Source: Clostridiales bacterium
Lineage (GTDB): Bacteria > Bacillota > Clostridia > Oscillospirales > CAG-272
Direction of reading: 5' to 3'
DNA length: 64,000 nucleotides
NCBI GenBank assembly: GCA_016281775.1
Contig: JAEEJH010000079.1
Coordinates: 1,636-65,635 of the forward strand
Below the pieces are notes generated by a model. That model ran no database searches and had not been told where the DNA came from. It was given only the letters and a program-made list of their open reading frames with translations. Every line of letters begins with the position of its first letter. Position 1 is the first letter of the stretch. Shown in pieces: positions 29,262 to 37,388 of the stretch. A program made the translations under genes and the position numbers.

Positions 29262-29866
29262 TAAGACGGTAACAGACTGCGTAAACCTTGCGGTATGAGG
29301 TCGAGTACTATTTCAGCATCTTCCGCCTCTCGTTACCGATCGGCGGTTTCCCATTATGGAAGAAGCCCGCCCGTCGCCGGCGCGGGGACTCGATTGCCTT
29401 TCCGTAGGATAGCCGCACTGCAATCCGCAGTCTGCCTTATTTTCATAAACAGCCTAGGGGATTTCCCCGATCAAGAGGTAGACCGATTTAGCCTCTTTTG
29501 CAGCGACGGTTTCAGCGAGCAATAGCATTGCCGCCCGGCCAAGGCAAGCAGCGCTTGGATCCCGCATTCGCCGGCACCACTCAAGGCAGGCTACACTATC
29601 CACAGCAACAGATTCGTACCGCGCGATAGGTTTAATCCCCTGCCCGTAATATATTTCCGAATGCCGTCAATACCACAGACAGGGGCCTCCACGGTAAGAG
29701 GGTCGCCACCGTATGCCGTTACGGCGCGCCCTCAGACCTATCTCCCAGCACCCACCCCAAACTGGGCGTAAGAAGCAAGCACAAGGAGCTTCATCGATAT
29801 GCCCTTTGACGGATTTTTAGGCCCGTTTTCAAACGATTTCTCTCAAACTAGGATACTGCACCGTCG
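29262..29866 (-). ncRNA. ole: Large structured noncoding RNA, most likely OLE (ornate, large, extremophilic) RNA
   Basis: There is a roughly 690-nt gap between ispA and the 4-TM gene with no credible ORF. A consensus promoter lies at 29874-29901. Many nested helices are readable, given here in plus coordinates: GAGGG 29698-29702 with CCCTC 29729-29733; GGCAGG 29585-29590 with CCTGCC 29639-29644; CTATC 29596-29600 with GATAG 29625-29629; AAGAGG 29473-29478 with CCTCTT 29492-29497; GGGG-attt-CCCC 29457-29468. The roughly 600 nt length and the xseA-xseB-ispA-[RNA]-membrane protein-tlyA-nadK-argR-recN context match published OLE loci. The ends are approximate. Confidence 0.75.
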
Positions 29867-29873
29867 AATTTTT

Positions 29874-29901
29874 ATTATACCATAAATTTTCGGAATTTCA
29901 A
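29874..29901 (-). promoter_or_regulatory. Sigma-A type promoter driving the structured RNA and oapA
   Basis: On the minus strand: TTGAAA (plus 29896-29901), a 16-nt spacer, then TATAAT (plus 29874-29879) preceded by TGG (extended -10). Confidence 0.65.
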
Positions 29902-29947
29902 TAGTTTTTGCAAAAAATATGCAGAATTATTAAATAAAAATTCAGTA

Positions 29948-30838
29948 TTATACGTTTCTTTCGAGCAAATAATCGGCTAAATCCATAAGATCTCTGCTCT
30001 TTTCACCGTATTTTGATATCGCGTTTTTCGCCGTTTCTGTAAGTTTTGCCGCAAGAGACTGAGCCTGACCGAGCGTCATGAAAGACAGTACGGTAGTTTT
30101 GCCGTTTTCGGCGTCGCTGCCGACAGGTTTACCGAACACCGCTTCATCGGCGATCACGTCAAGAATATCGTCACGTATCTGAAAAGCTCTGCCGACGCAC
30201 GAGGCGTAGATATCCGCGTTTTTATAGGTGTCGTCGTCCTCGCATCCCGCGGCAATAAGACCGAGCTTTGCGGCGCAGCGGATCAGCGCGCCGGTCTTCA
30301 GAGCGTTCATTTTTTCGTACTCTCTTTTATCGAGAGTTTTTGATTCGCCGATAAGATCCATCACCTGACCGCCGACCATGCCGAACATACCGGCACAACT
30401 CGACAGCGCTTTGACCGCTTTGACCTTGAGTTCCGGCGCGGCGTCCGAGTCTGCGATGATCTCAAATGCGTAAGTGTTCAGCGCGTCGCCTGCAAGAGTA
30501 GCGTTCGCCTCGCCGTAGACCTTATGGTTCGTCGGTTTGCCGCGTCTCAGATCGTCGTCGTCCATACACGGCAGATCGTCGTGTATAAGAGAATAAGTAT
30601 GTATACATTCGAGCGCCGAGGCGAAATACAGAGCGGTCTTGGAAAACGGATCTGCACCGGCAAGTTCCGAGAATTTCAGAACGAGAAACGGCCTGATCCT
30701 TTTACCGCCGTTTTTGACGCTGTAATTCACCGCCTCAAATATCACCGGATAATCGGCGTCCGTCATATCTAAAACGTCATATAAGAAACCGTTTACTTTC
30801 TCATTATATGACTTCATTGTTTCGGTTATTTTGCTCAT
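29948..30838 (-). CDS. ispA: Farnesyl/geranyl diphosphate synthase (polyprenyl synthetase)
   Basis: 296 aa with the first Asp-rich motif LIHDDLPCMDDDDLRRG and the second, FQIRDDILD. Confidence 0.9.
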   Translation of the reverse strand: MSKITETMKSYNEKVNGFLYDVLDMTDADYPVIFEAVNYSVKNGGKRIRPFLVLKFSELAGADPFSKTALYFASALECIHTYSLIHDDLPCMDDDDLRRGKPTNHKVYGEANATLAGDALNTYAFEIIADSDAAPELKVKAVKALSSCAGMFGMVGGQVMDLIGESKTLDKREYEKMNALKTGALIRCAAKLGLIAAGCEDDDTYKNADIYASCVGRAFQIRDDILDVIADEAVFGKPVGSDAENGKTTVLSFMTLGQAQSLAAKLTETAKNAISKYGEKSRDLMDLADYLLERNV

Positions 30839-31044
30839 ACTTCGCTCTCCGTCAGAAATCTTACTTTCTGCTCCGCTTCTTCAAGCATTTTGTTCGCACG
30901 CCCTATAAGTTTTACGCCTTCTTCGAACAGCGCGACCGATGCGTCGAGCGACGAATCAGGGCTCTCAAGCTGCTTGACTATCTCGTTGATTCTGGTTATG
31001 ATCTCTTCATACGTGCTTTTATCGTTTATTTCAGTCATTTTCAT
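30835..31044 (-). CDS. xseB: Exodeoxyribonuclease VII small subunit
   Basis: 69 aa helical protein. It overlaps xseA by 14 nt and ispA by 4 nt. Confidence 0.9.
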   Translation of the reverse strand: MKMTEINDKSTYEEIITRINEIVKQLESPDSSLDASVALFEEGVKLIGRANKMLEEAEQKVRFLTESEV

Positions 31045-32239
31045 TAACCTCCGTTATATTTGCGGTAAGATAACCGTCCGAAAACGTTACTTTTATCATA
31101 TCTCCCGGGTTTACGTCTTTAACGCCTGTCAGCGCTTTTTCATTATATTCAACGTAGGCGTAACCGCCCGACAGTATCTGCAGCGGACTTTTTGCGTTCA
31201 GTCTTGACGCCGCAGTCTCGAACGACGAGCGTTTTTTCATCAGTACCAGCTTCATCTCCGATCCGAGTTTATCTGCAAGCGAATCGAGCGCGAGACGCTT
31301 GTCAATTATGAAATTCCGTAAAGATTTCATCGAACCGGACTTTGAGATATCCGCAAGCTTCTTTTTTTCGTTGTTAATCTTTGATTCGAGCGAGCGCTTC
31401 ATCACGCCGTACGATGAAGCGAGTTCCGCTTTGAGCGACAGTTTGTCAGGCACGGCGAGTTCCGCCGCGGCAGAAGGAGTGGGAGTGCGCAGATCGGAGG
31501 CAAAATCGCATATCGTGAAATCCGTCTCATGACCTACAGCCGATATCACCGGTACCGCAGAAGCGCGGACGGCTCTTGCAAGCGCTTCCGAATTGAATGC
31601 GTACAGATCCTCAAGAGAACCGCCTCCTCGACCGATAATTATTAAGTCCGTCTTCTCTTGACGGTTGAAATAAGACAGACCGTCGATAAGCGTTTTTTCT
31701 GCGTTTTCGCCCTGTACAGTCGCCGGGTATACCGTTATTTCGCAAAGCGGGTAGCGCCTGCCGGTTATATTAATTATATCCCGTACCGCCGCGCCGGTCT
31801 GCGAAGTGATTACGCCGATTTTTTGAGGAAACTTCGGTATCGGTCTCTTCAAACTCTCGGCAAACAGCCCTTCTGATTCAAGTTTAGCCTTCAGCTGTTC
31901 ATAAGCAAGATACAGCGCGCCGACGCCGTCAGGCAGTATATCCGATACGTAAAGCTGGTAAGAACCGCCCGCCGTATACACGCGGACCGAACCCGTGCAA
32001 ACGACTTTCATTCCGTCGTCCGGTTGGAAGCGCAGATTCGCCGCGTCCGAGCGGAACATAACGCATTTGAGCTGAGAAGCGCTGTCTTTGAGCGTAAAAT
32101 AAATATGACCGCTCGCATAATGGTATTTGAAATTCGATATTTCACCCGATACGCCGACCGAGCGTAAATACGGAGAGCCGTCAAGGGTCATCTTAACCAG
32201 CTCGTTTATCTGGGTCACAGTCAAAATCTCATTTTTCAT
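31031..32239 (-). CDS. xseA: Exodeoxyribonuclease VII large subunit
   Basis: 402 aa with an N-terminal OB fold (ILTVTQINELVKMTLD...GEISNFKYHYASGHIYFTLKD) and the catalytic region GRGGGSLEDL. Confidence 0.95.
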   Translation of the reverse strand: MKNEILTVTQINELVKMTLDGSPYLRSVGVSGEISNFKYHYASGHIYFTLKDSASQLKCVMFRSDAANLRFQPDDGMKVVCTGSVRVYTAGGSYQLYVSDILPDGVGALYLAYEQLKAKLESEGLFAESLKRPIPKFPQKIGVITSQTGAAVRDIINITGRRYPLCEITVYPATVQGENAEKTLIDGLSYFNRQEKTDLIIIGRGGGSLEDLYAFNSEALARAVRASAVPVISAVGHETDFTICDFASDLRTPTPSAAAELAVPDKLSLKAELASSYGVMKRSLESKINNEKKKLADISKSGSMKSLRNFIIDKRLALDSLADKLGSEMKLVLMKKRSSFETAASRLNAKSPLQILSGGYAYVEYNEKALTGVKDVNPGDMIKVTFSDGYLTANITEVNEND

Positions 32240-33158
32240 TTATATATCTCTCATAGGCAAGAAGCGCCGTGCCTGCGGCGTTGTCGGACGAAAACGCCGA
32301 TTTTGCAAAATACGCTCCGTATTTATGTTTGAAATATTCCTTTATTATCCCGTTGGAAGCCACCCCGCCCGAAAACAGGATCGGGAGTTCTCTCTTTTTC
32401 AGCGCGTTGCCGGTCATTGAATCGAGCGTCGTTATAACGGTCTGCAGAACGTAAGCGGCAACGTATTCCGTCGGCCTGCCGGATCTGTACAGTTCTTCGG
32501 CTTTATTCTGAAGCCCGGACAGATTGCAGAAAGTATCTTTGACAGATGTCTTTATATCCGTGACCTTGCGTGAATTTGCGGAAGCGAGTTTTTCAAGCTC
32601 CGTTCCGCATGGAAAAGAAAGACCGAGCATTACGCCGGTCCGGTCGATGATCTGCCCCGCCGTCACGTCGAGCGTGCCGCCGACGACAGCCGTATCATAT
32701 CGCGCGGCGCTTCGCTTCACAAGAAGCAGCTCGAACGTGCCGCCGGATAAGTGGTATGCGTAGAACTCTCCAAATTCGGGCATTTCCGACGAAAATACCG
32801 CCGCTTTTATATGCCCCTCCTGATGAGAAAACGGGTATTCCGGAATGCCGAGCGTCTTCGATACCGCCGCGGCCGAGGCTCTGCCGGCAAGAAAACACGG
32901 CATATATGACCCTTCCGCGTTTCTCGGCTTATCGCTGTAACCGACCGCCGACACGGTTTTCAAATCGGTCTTTATCATCTCAAAGCAAAGCGGCAGATTT
33001 TTCGTATGTGCGAAAACCGCGTCGCTCTGACGCAGACCTGCCGCGCCTTCTGGCACCGGCAAAGGCAGTTTGACGTTTTCAGCGATCTCACCGTCAACGC
33101 AGACCGACAGCGACGTCGTGTAATTGCTCGTGTCTATGCCGAGTACGGTCACGCTCAT
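32229..33158 (-). CDS. Kae1/TsaD-family (peptidase M22, ASKHA fold) paralogue
   Basis: 309 aa with N-terminal VLGIDTSNYTTS and the metal-binding HQEGH (HxxxH). It is shorter than canonical TsaD. It overlaps nusB by 4 nt and xseA by 11 nt. Confidence 0.6.
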   Translation of the reverse strand: MSVTVLGIDTSNYTTSLSVCVDGEIAENVKLPLPVPEGAAGLRQSDAVFAHTKNLPLCFEMIKTDLKTVSAVGYSDKPRNAEGSYMPCFLAGRASAAAVSKTLGIPEYPFSHQEGHIKAAVFSSEMPEFGEFYAYHLSGGTFELLLVKRSAARYDTAVVGGTLDVTAGQIIDRTGVMLGLSFPCGTELEKLASANSRKVTDIKTSVKDTFCNLSGLQNKAEELYRSGRPTEYVAAYVLQTVITTLDSMTGNALKKRELPILFSGGVASNGIIKEYFKHKYGAYFAKSAFSSDNAAGTALLAYERYINEK

Positions 33159-33586
33159 TTTTTGATACCTTCGCCTTTTACCGCCGCGTTGAGCACGCCG
33201 TTGATGAAAGCCGGGGCCTGTTCGGTATCGTATTTTTTGGCAAGCTCTACCGCTTCGTTGAGCGCGACCTTTACCGGCACGTCGCCAACGTTGACAGCTT
33301 CAAAAAGGCACAGTCTCATTATCGCGAGCGATACGCGCGACAGTCTGTCGAGAGTCCATCCGGACAGATATTTAGATATAATTCCGTCGAGCCGTTCATA
33401 GGATTCACAGACGCCGTAGAATACCGTACTGACGTAACTGTCTTCTTCGTATCCGTAGATCCTGATCGCCTGCTCGTACATCTCCGCAGGAGACACGCTC
33501 GGATTCATCGAGAATTCAAATATGAGGCAGAACGCCTGCTCGCGCAGTTCTCTTCTGCTTATTCTCGGTTTGTTTTCACTGTTCAT
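33155..33586 (-). CDS. nusB: Transcription antitermination factor NusB
   Basis: 143 aa with typical NusB sequence (RRELREQAFCLIFE..., EAVELAKKYDTEQAPAFINGVLN). Confidence 0.9.
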   Translation of the reverse strand: MNSENKPRISRRELREQAFCLIFEFSMNPSVSPAEMYEQAIRIYGYEEDSYVSTVFYGVCESYERLDGIISKYLSGWTLDRLSRVSLAIMRLCLFEAVNVGDVPVKVALNEAVELAKKYDTEQAPAFINGVLNAAVKGEGIKK

Positions 33587-33596
33587 AATATTTCCT

Positions 33597-33632
33597 TAAA
33601 AAAGCTCCGAGCGGGTTTACACCCACCCGGAG
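33597..33632 (-). terminator. Intrinsic terminator or attenuator between the lipoprotein gene and nusB
   Basis: On the minus strand: CTCCGGGTGGGTGTAAACCCGCTCGGAG (outer stem plus 33605-33609 with 33628-33632), followed by CTTTTTT. It ends about 10 nt before the nusB RBS (AAGGA). Confidence 0.6.
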
Positions 33633-33650
33633 TCTGATTCCTTTCGGGAT

Positions 33651-34571
33651 TTATTCCGCGGCTTCCGTGACCGTATCGGTCTCGGCAGGCTGTTCGACCT
33701 TGACCTCGACGTATTCGAACATTATCTCGTATCTTTCGTCGATCATTGTGTTTGAAAGATCGCCCTCGATCTCCTCTTCGTCGATGAGGCAGATCCATTT
33801 GTGAGTGTCGTCTTCAGCAACGTTGCCGATCTTGACGACTCTCTTGCCGTCTTCTGAAAGCGTAAGACCGAGCGTCTGGTCGATGTCGATATGCTTTTTA
33901 TCGTAGGTATCGTATTCGCCCTGCAGATAGTATGCTATCGTCATATCGGCCTTTTCGCCTACGTATGAAAACTTCTGATCTTCAAAAAGCGTCACGGCGC
34001 CGTTCATCGCTTTGAAATTTGCGGTAAACGTGCGGTAAGTCTGTTCTTTATACTTGAACTCAAGCAGATCGTACGTATGTATCTCGTCGTTTACCGGATC
34101 GGCTTCCTTACCGTTGATATAGAAACGCCATTCGTACATATCGTTCGACGTCGAACTCTTGCCTGCGGCAACGCCGAGAACCGTGTCAAGCGTATATTCG
34201 ACCGTGCCTTCAAACTGTGAAACGATTATCGTCGGCATCGGCTGTTTTTTATCTTTCTCCGCTATAGCAAGTTCAAGCGCGTAAAGGCCCGTCGGTTTCG
34301 TGCGGTAAAGCTGACACGCCGCCTCGTCGGTCAGAAGACCGTCCTCGTTCGTTGCAGGAACAGCGACTTCGTCTTCGGGAGCGACGCGAAGTCTGTCAAG
34401 GCTCATTTTGGGCTTGGCGTTGTCGGCGGGGTTCGTATAGATATATACCGAAACGTACGCGTTTTTCTCGCTGTAAAGTCCGCCTCTCGTGTTGCACGCG
34501 GTAAACGACGTTACCGTGACCGCGACCAGTACGATAGATAAAACTGTAATCAATAAGTTTCTGATTTTCAT
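33651..34571 (-). CDS. Lipoprotein, hypothetical (possible DUF4430-like C-terminal part)
   Basis: I trimmed the start to MKIRNLLITVLSIVLVAVTVTSFTAC (ATG 34569-34571; AGGAGGA lies 11 nt upstream). A lipobox Cys is present. The function is unknown. Confidence 0.6.
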   Translation of the reverse strand: MKIRNLLITVLSIVLVAVTVTSFTACNTRGGLYSEKNAYVSVYIYTNPADNAKPKMSLDRLRVAPEDEVAVPATNEDGLLTDEAACQLYRTKPTGLYALELAIAEKDKKQPMPTIIVSQFEGTVEYTLDTVLGVAAGKSSTSNDMYEWRFYINGKEADPVNDEIHTYDLLEFKYKEQTYRTFTANFKAMNGAVTLFEDQKFSYVGEKADMTIAYYLQGEYDTYDKKHIDIDQTLGLTLSEDGKRVVKIGNVAEDDTHKWICLIDEEEIEGDLSNTMIDERYEIMFEYVEVKVEQPAETDTVTEAAE

Positions 34572-34604
34572 ATCGGAATAGCTCCTCCTGATGGTTCTTT
34601 TATG

Positions 34605-34633
34605 ATTATACATCAAATTGTCAAGATTGTCAA
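34605..34633 (-). promoter_or_regulatory. Consensus sigma-A promoter of the lipoprotein gene, with a tandem CTTGACAAT duplication
   Basis: On the minus strand: TTGACA (plus 34628-34633), a 17-nt spacer, then TATAAT (plus 34605-34610). The 9-mer ATTGTCAAG is tandemly duplicated at 34617-34625 and 34626-34634, giving two TTGACA boxes. Confidence 0.6.
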
Positions 34634-34650
34634 GTAAATATTTAATAAAA

Positions 34651-37314
34651 TTAAGGCGTCTGCACCGAATTATCCGGTGAATTATGCAGCGAACAGTATG
34701 AATTGAAATACTTGTCGACTTTTCTCACGCGTCCTACGTACGTTTTGGGTTCGAGTGTGTTAGAATAGAACTGTGACAGCGGCGAATAATCGGGCGACGC
34801 GTCGCCGAGCGGTCTGAACGTATACTGAGCGTCGGTCACTTCAAGCTGGAACGGGAACGCTCTTTCCGTCTCTGAAACGAGCGCGTACTGGATTATATTC
34901 TCACAGTTCGGACCGGCTATCTGATTGGAATCCGCGCAGAAATCTATCAGCACGTGACGCGTGCAGTATTCCTTCGGCTCAGTGCCGTTGACGTAATAAC
35001 CCGTTTCGTATCTGCCTCCGCGCGGATCGTGACCGCACAGTTCAGGGTTGTAAAGCTGACCGGAATCCTTGCAGATCGTACACGTGACTATATCGCCGTA
35101 CTGTTCGAACTGCTGTATCAGCTCGCCGCCGTTCTTTTTCGCTTCATCGTACATCGGTTTATGAAGTTTCGTCATGATCTTATCGAAAATGAACATGCCG
35201 GGGTTGACGGTGTACGAATGCAGGGCCGAAGGCTGAACGAAACCGTACCAGACTGCGCCTACATAATAAGGAGTGAACCCGCAGAACCATCTGTCGTACT
35301 CGTACATCGACGTACCGGTCTTACCGGCTACCGCGGTCATATCATCGATCTTGAGATACTTCTTATAGTTTTCAACTACGTTTTCCATCATTTTGGTCAT
35401 TATCGTGCAAGTATCGCTTCTGAACACTTCCGTAGACTGCGGTTCGTTGTTGAGCACGACGTTGCCCGCCGAATCGACGACCTGATAATATGTTCTGCTC
35501 TTGTTGTGCACTCCGCCGTTCGTAAACGTTGTATAAGCGCTCGCCATTTCGCGCACGGTGATACCGAGCGTCGTCGCGCCGAGAGCAAGCGGCGCGAGGT
35601 TAAGGTCGGTCATAGTCACGCCGTTCTTATTCGTATAAGACTCCACAAGGTTCGTGATGCCGAGTTTCAGCAAAAACTCGTAAGAACGCTCGACCGTGAC
35701 GCGTTCGAGGACCTTGACGGCGACCGTGTTGAGCGATACCGTCACGGCGTAATTAATGTTTTCAAGACCCGTATATTTCTTATTGACGTTTTTCGGCCAC
35801 GTGTAACCGCCGCTGCCAAACGTATACGGCGTATCGTCCACTACCGTGCCCCAGGTTATAAGCCCCAGTTCAAGCGCCGGCGAATACGTCGAGAGCGGTT
35901 TTATCGAAGAACCCGGAGACCTTCTCGCCTGAGTCGCCAAATTTAGTATACGGCTCTGTGTTTTCGGACCTCGTCTGCCGATTATACCGAGTATGTCGCC
36001 CGAATACGGATCGCATACGACCATAGCGGACTGAGGGAGTATGACGAAAGACTCTTCCGGAAAGTTACTGTCGTCGAGGTAGCATTCTTCGAGCGTTTTC
36101 TGTACGAACGGATCCATGGCAGTGTATATCTTATATCCGCCGGAGAACACAAGGTTCGACGCGACTTCACGTGTGACGTTCCTCTGCTCCATGAAATCTG
36201 CTATAAGGTCTTCGATTACCGCGTCGATATAGTCGGATGAAACGCTTTTGCCGGTATTCTTCTCTTTGCTCGAACTCTTTGTTTCCTTATAGATCGTAAG
36301 AGGTTGATCCCACGATTCGTTGAATTCCTCCTCGGTGATATAACCGTAAGAGAGCATCGTTTTGAGTATCGTATTACGTCTCTCCTGATTATATTCCGGG
36401 TTCTGTATCGGGTCGTATTTAGTGGGATACTTGACTATGGCGGCGAGAGCCGCGCCTTCGGTCAGAGTCAGCTCGGATACCTCCTTGCCGAAATACTTCT
36501 GAGCCGCAGTTTTCAGCCCGTAGCAGCCCTGAGACAGATAGATAGTGTTCAGATAAAGTTCAAGTATCTCCGATTTGTCGAGTTTCTGTTCAAGATACAG
36601 CGCCCGGAACATTTCCTGTATTTTACGCTGGATCGAATAATCGTCGTCGCCCGTAAGATTCTTTACGAGCTGCTGAGTTATCGTTGAACCGCCGAAGGTG
36701 GAACCGGAAGGCATGATAAAGTTCCGCGCCGCGCCGAGAGTTCTGTACCAGTCGACGCCCTGATGATCCCAGAATCTGTGGTCCTCAATGGCGACGTAAG
36801 CTTTTATGACGTGATCGGGCACTTCCTGTATCGAGACCCAGATCCTGTTCTCGCCGCCGTTGATGCGCTCGCTCTCCATTTCAACAGCCGCGCCGTTCTC
36901 GTCGTAATAATAGAACATCGTAGTGGCGTTCTGCTCGGTTTTGAGCAGCTCCGTATCGAGCACGGGATCTATGTTGTTCTTGAGATAAAGCGCGAATACA
37001 AAGCCTACGATCAAAGCCGTAAGCACGCCGATAACGAGTATCGTGATGAGGATATTTATTATATAAGTGAAAAGTCTGAAAAGAAAATGCGCCGCAAGAA
37101 CGAAAGCGTGTTTTATAGCTTTGAACCAGTTGATATGGTAACCGCGCTTTTCATCGCGCTTTTTTCTTCTCTCTTTTCTTTTTTCTCTGCATTTTTTGAA
37201 AAAACTTACCGTTTTTCCGAAAGCCGCGGCGATCTTTTCGCCGACCGTTTTGAGAAACTGTTTGAATTTGTTTATGACCGGCACCCCCTTCCTGTCATTC
37301 GGTGAAGCGATCAT
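34651..37314 (-). CDS. Class A penicillin-binding protein (glycosyltransferase GT51 plus transpeptidase)
   Basis: 887 aa. It has an N-terminal TM helix, the GT51 motif AIEDHRFWDHQGVD, and the transpeptidase SxxK (SPGSSIKP), with KTGT later. There is a Cys-rich C-terminal extension. Confidence 0.9.
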   Translation of the reverse strand: MIASPNDRKGVPVINKFKQFLKTVGEKIAAAFGKTVSFFKKCREKRKERRKKRDEKRGYHINWFKAIKHAFVLAAHFLFRLFTYIINILITILVIGVLTALIVGFVFALYLKNNIDPVLDTELLKTEQNATTMFYYYDENGAAVEMESERINGGENRIWVSIQEVPDHVIKAYVAIEDHRFWDHQGVDWYRTLGAARNFIMPSGSTFGGSTITQQLVKNLTGDDDYSIQRKIQEMFRALYLEQKLDKSEILELYLNTIYLSQGCYGLKTAAQKYFGKEVSELTLTEGAALAAIVKYPTKYDPIQNPEYNQERRNTILKTMLSYGYITEEEFNESWDQPLTIYKETKSSSKEKNTGKSVSSDYIDAVIEDLIADFMEQRNVTREVASNLVFSGGYKIYTAMDPFVQKTLEECYLDDSNFPEESFVILPQSAMVVCDPYSGDILGIIGRRGPKTQSRILNLATQARRSPGSSIKPLSTYSPALELGLITWGTVVDDTPYTFGSGGYTWPKNVNKKYTGLENINYAVTVSLNTVAVKVLERVTVERSYEFLLKLGITNLVESYTNKNGVTMTDLNLAPLALGATTLGITVREMASAYTTFTNGGVHNKSRTYYQVVDSAGNVVLNNEPQSTEVFRSDTCTIMTKMMENVVENYKKYLKIDDMTAVAGKTGTSMYEYDRWFCGFTPYYVGAVWYGFVQPSALHSYTVNPGMFIFDKIMTKLHKPMYDEAKKNGGELIQQFEQYGDIVTCTICKDSGQLYNPELCGHDPRGGRYETGYYVNGTEPKEYCTRHVLIDFCADSNQIAGPNCENIIQYALVSETERAFPFQLEVTDAQYTFRPLGDASPDYSPLSQFYSNTLEPKTYVGRVRKVDKYFNSYCSLHNSPDNSVQTP

Positions 37315-37388
37315 TTGATTTATTATAACACAACCGCGATACGGTTTTCTATATTTGTTTTTTAAATTTTATATGAACGGCGAACGGC

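Noticed and set aside
29295-29525. 76-aa plus-strand ORF inside the ispA-oapA gap
   Set aside because: It is on the opposite strand to the whole operon and has no RBS. Its composition is Ser/Arg/Ala-rich, and it lies within a region better explained by nested RNA helices and a minus-strand promoter.
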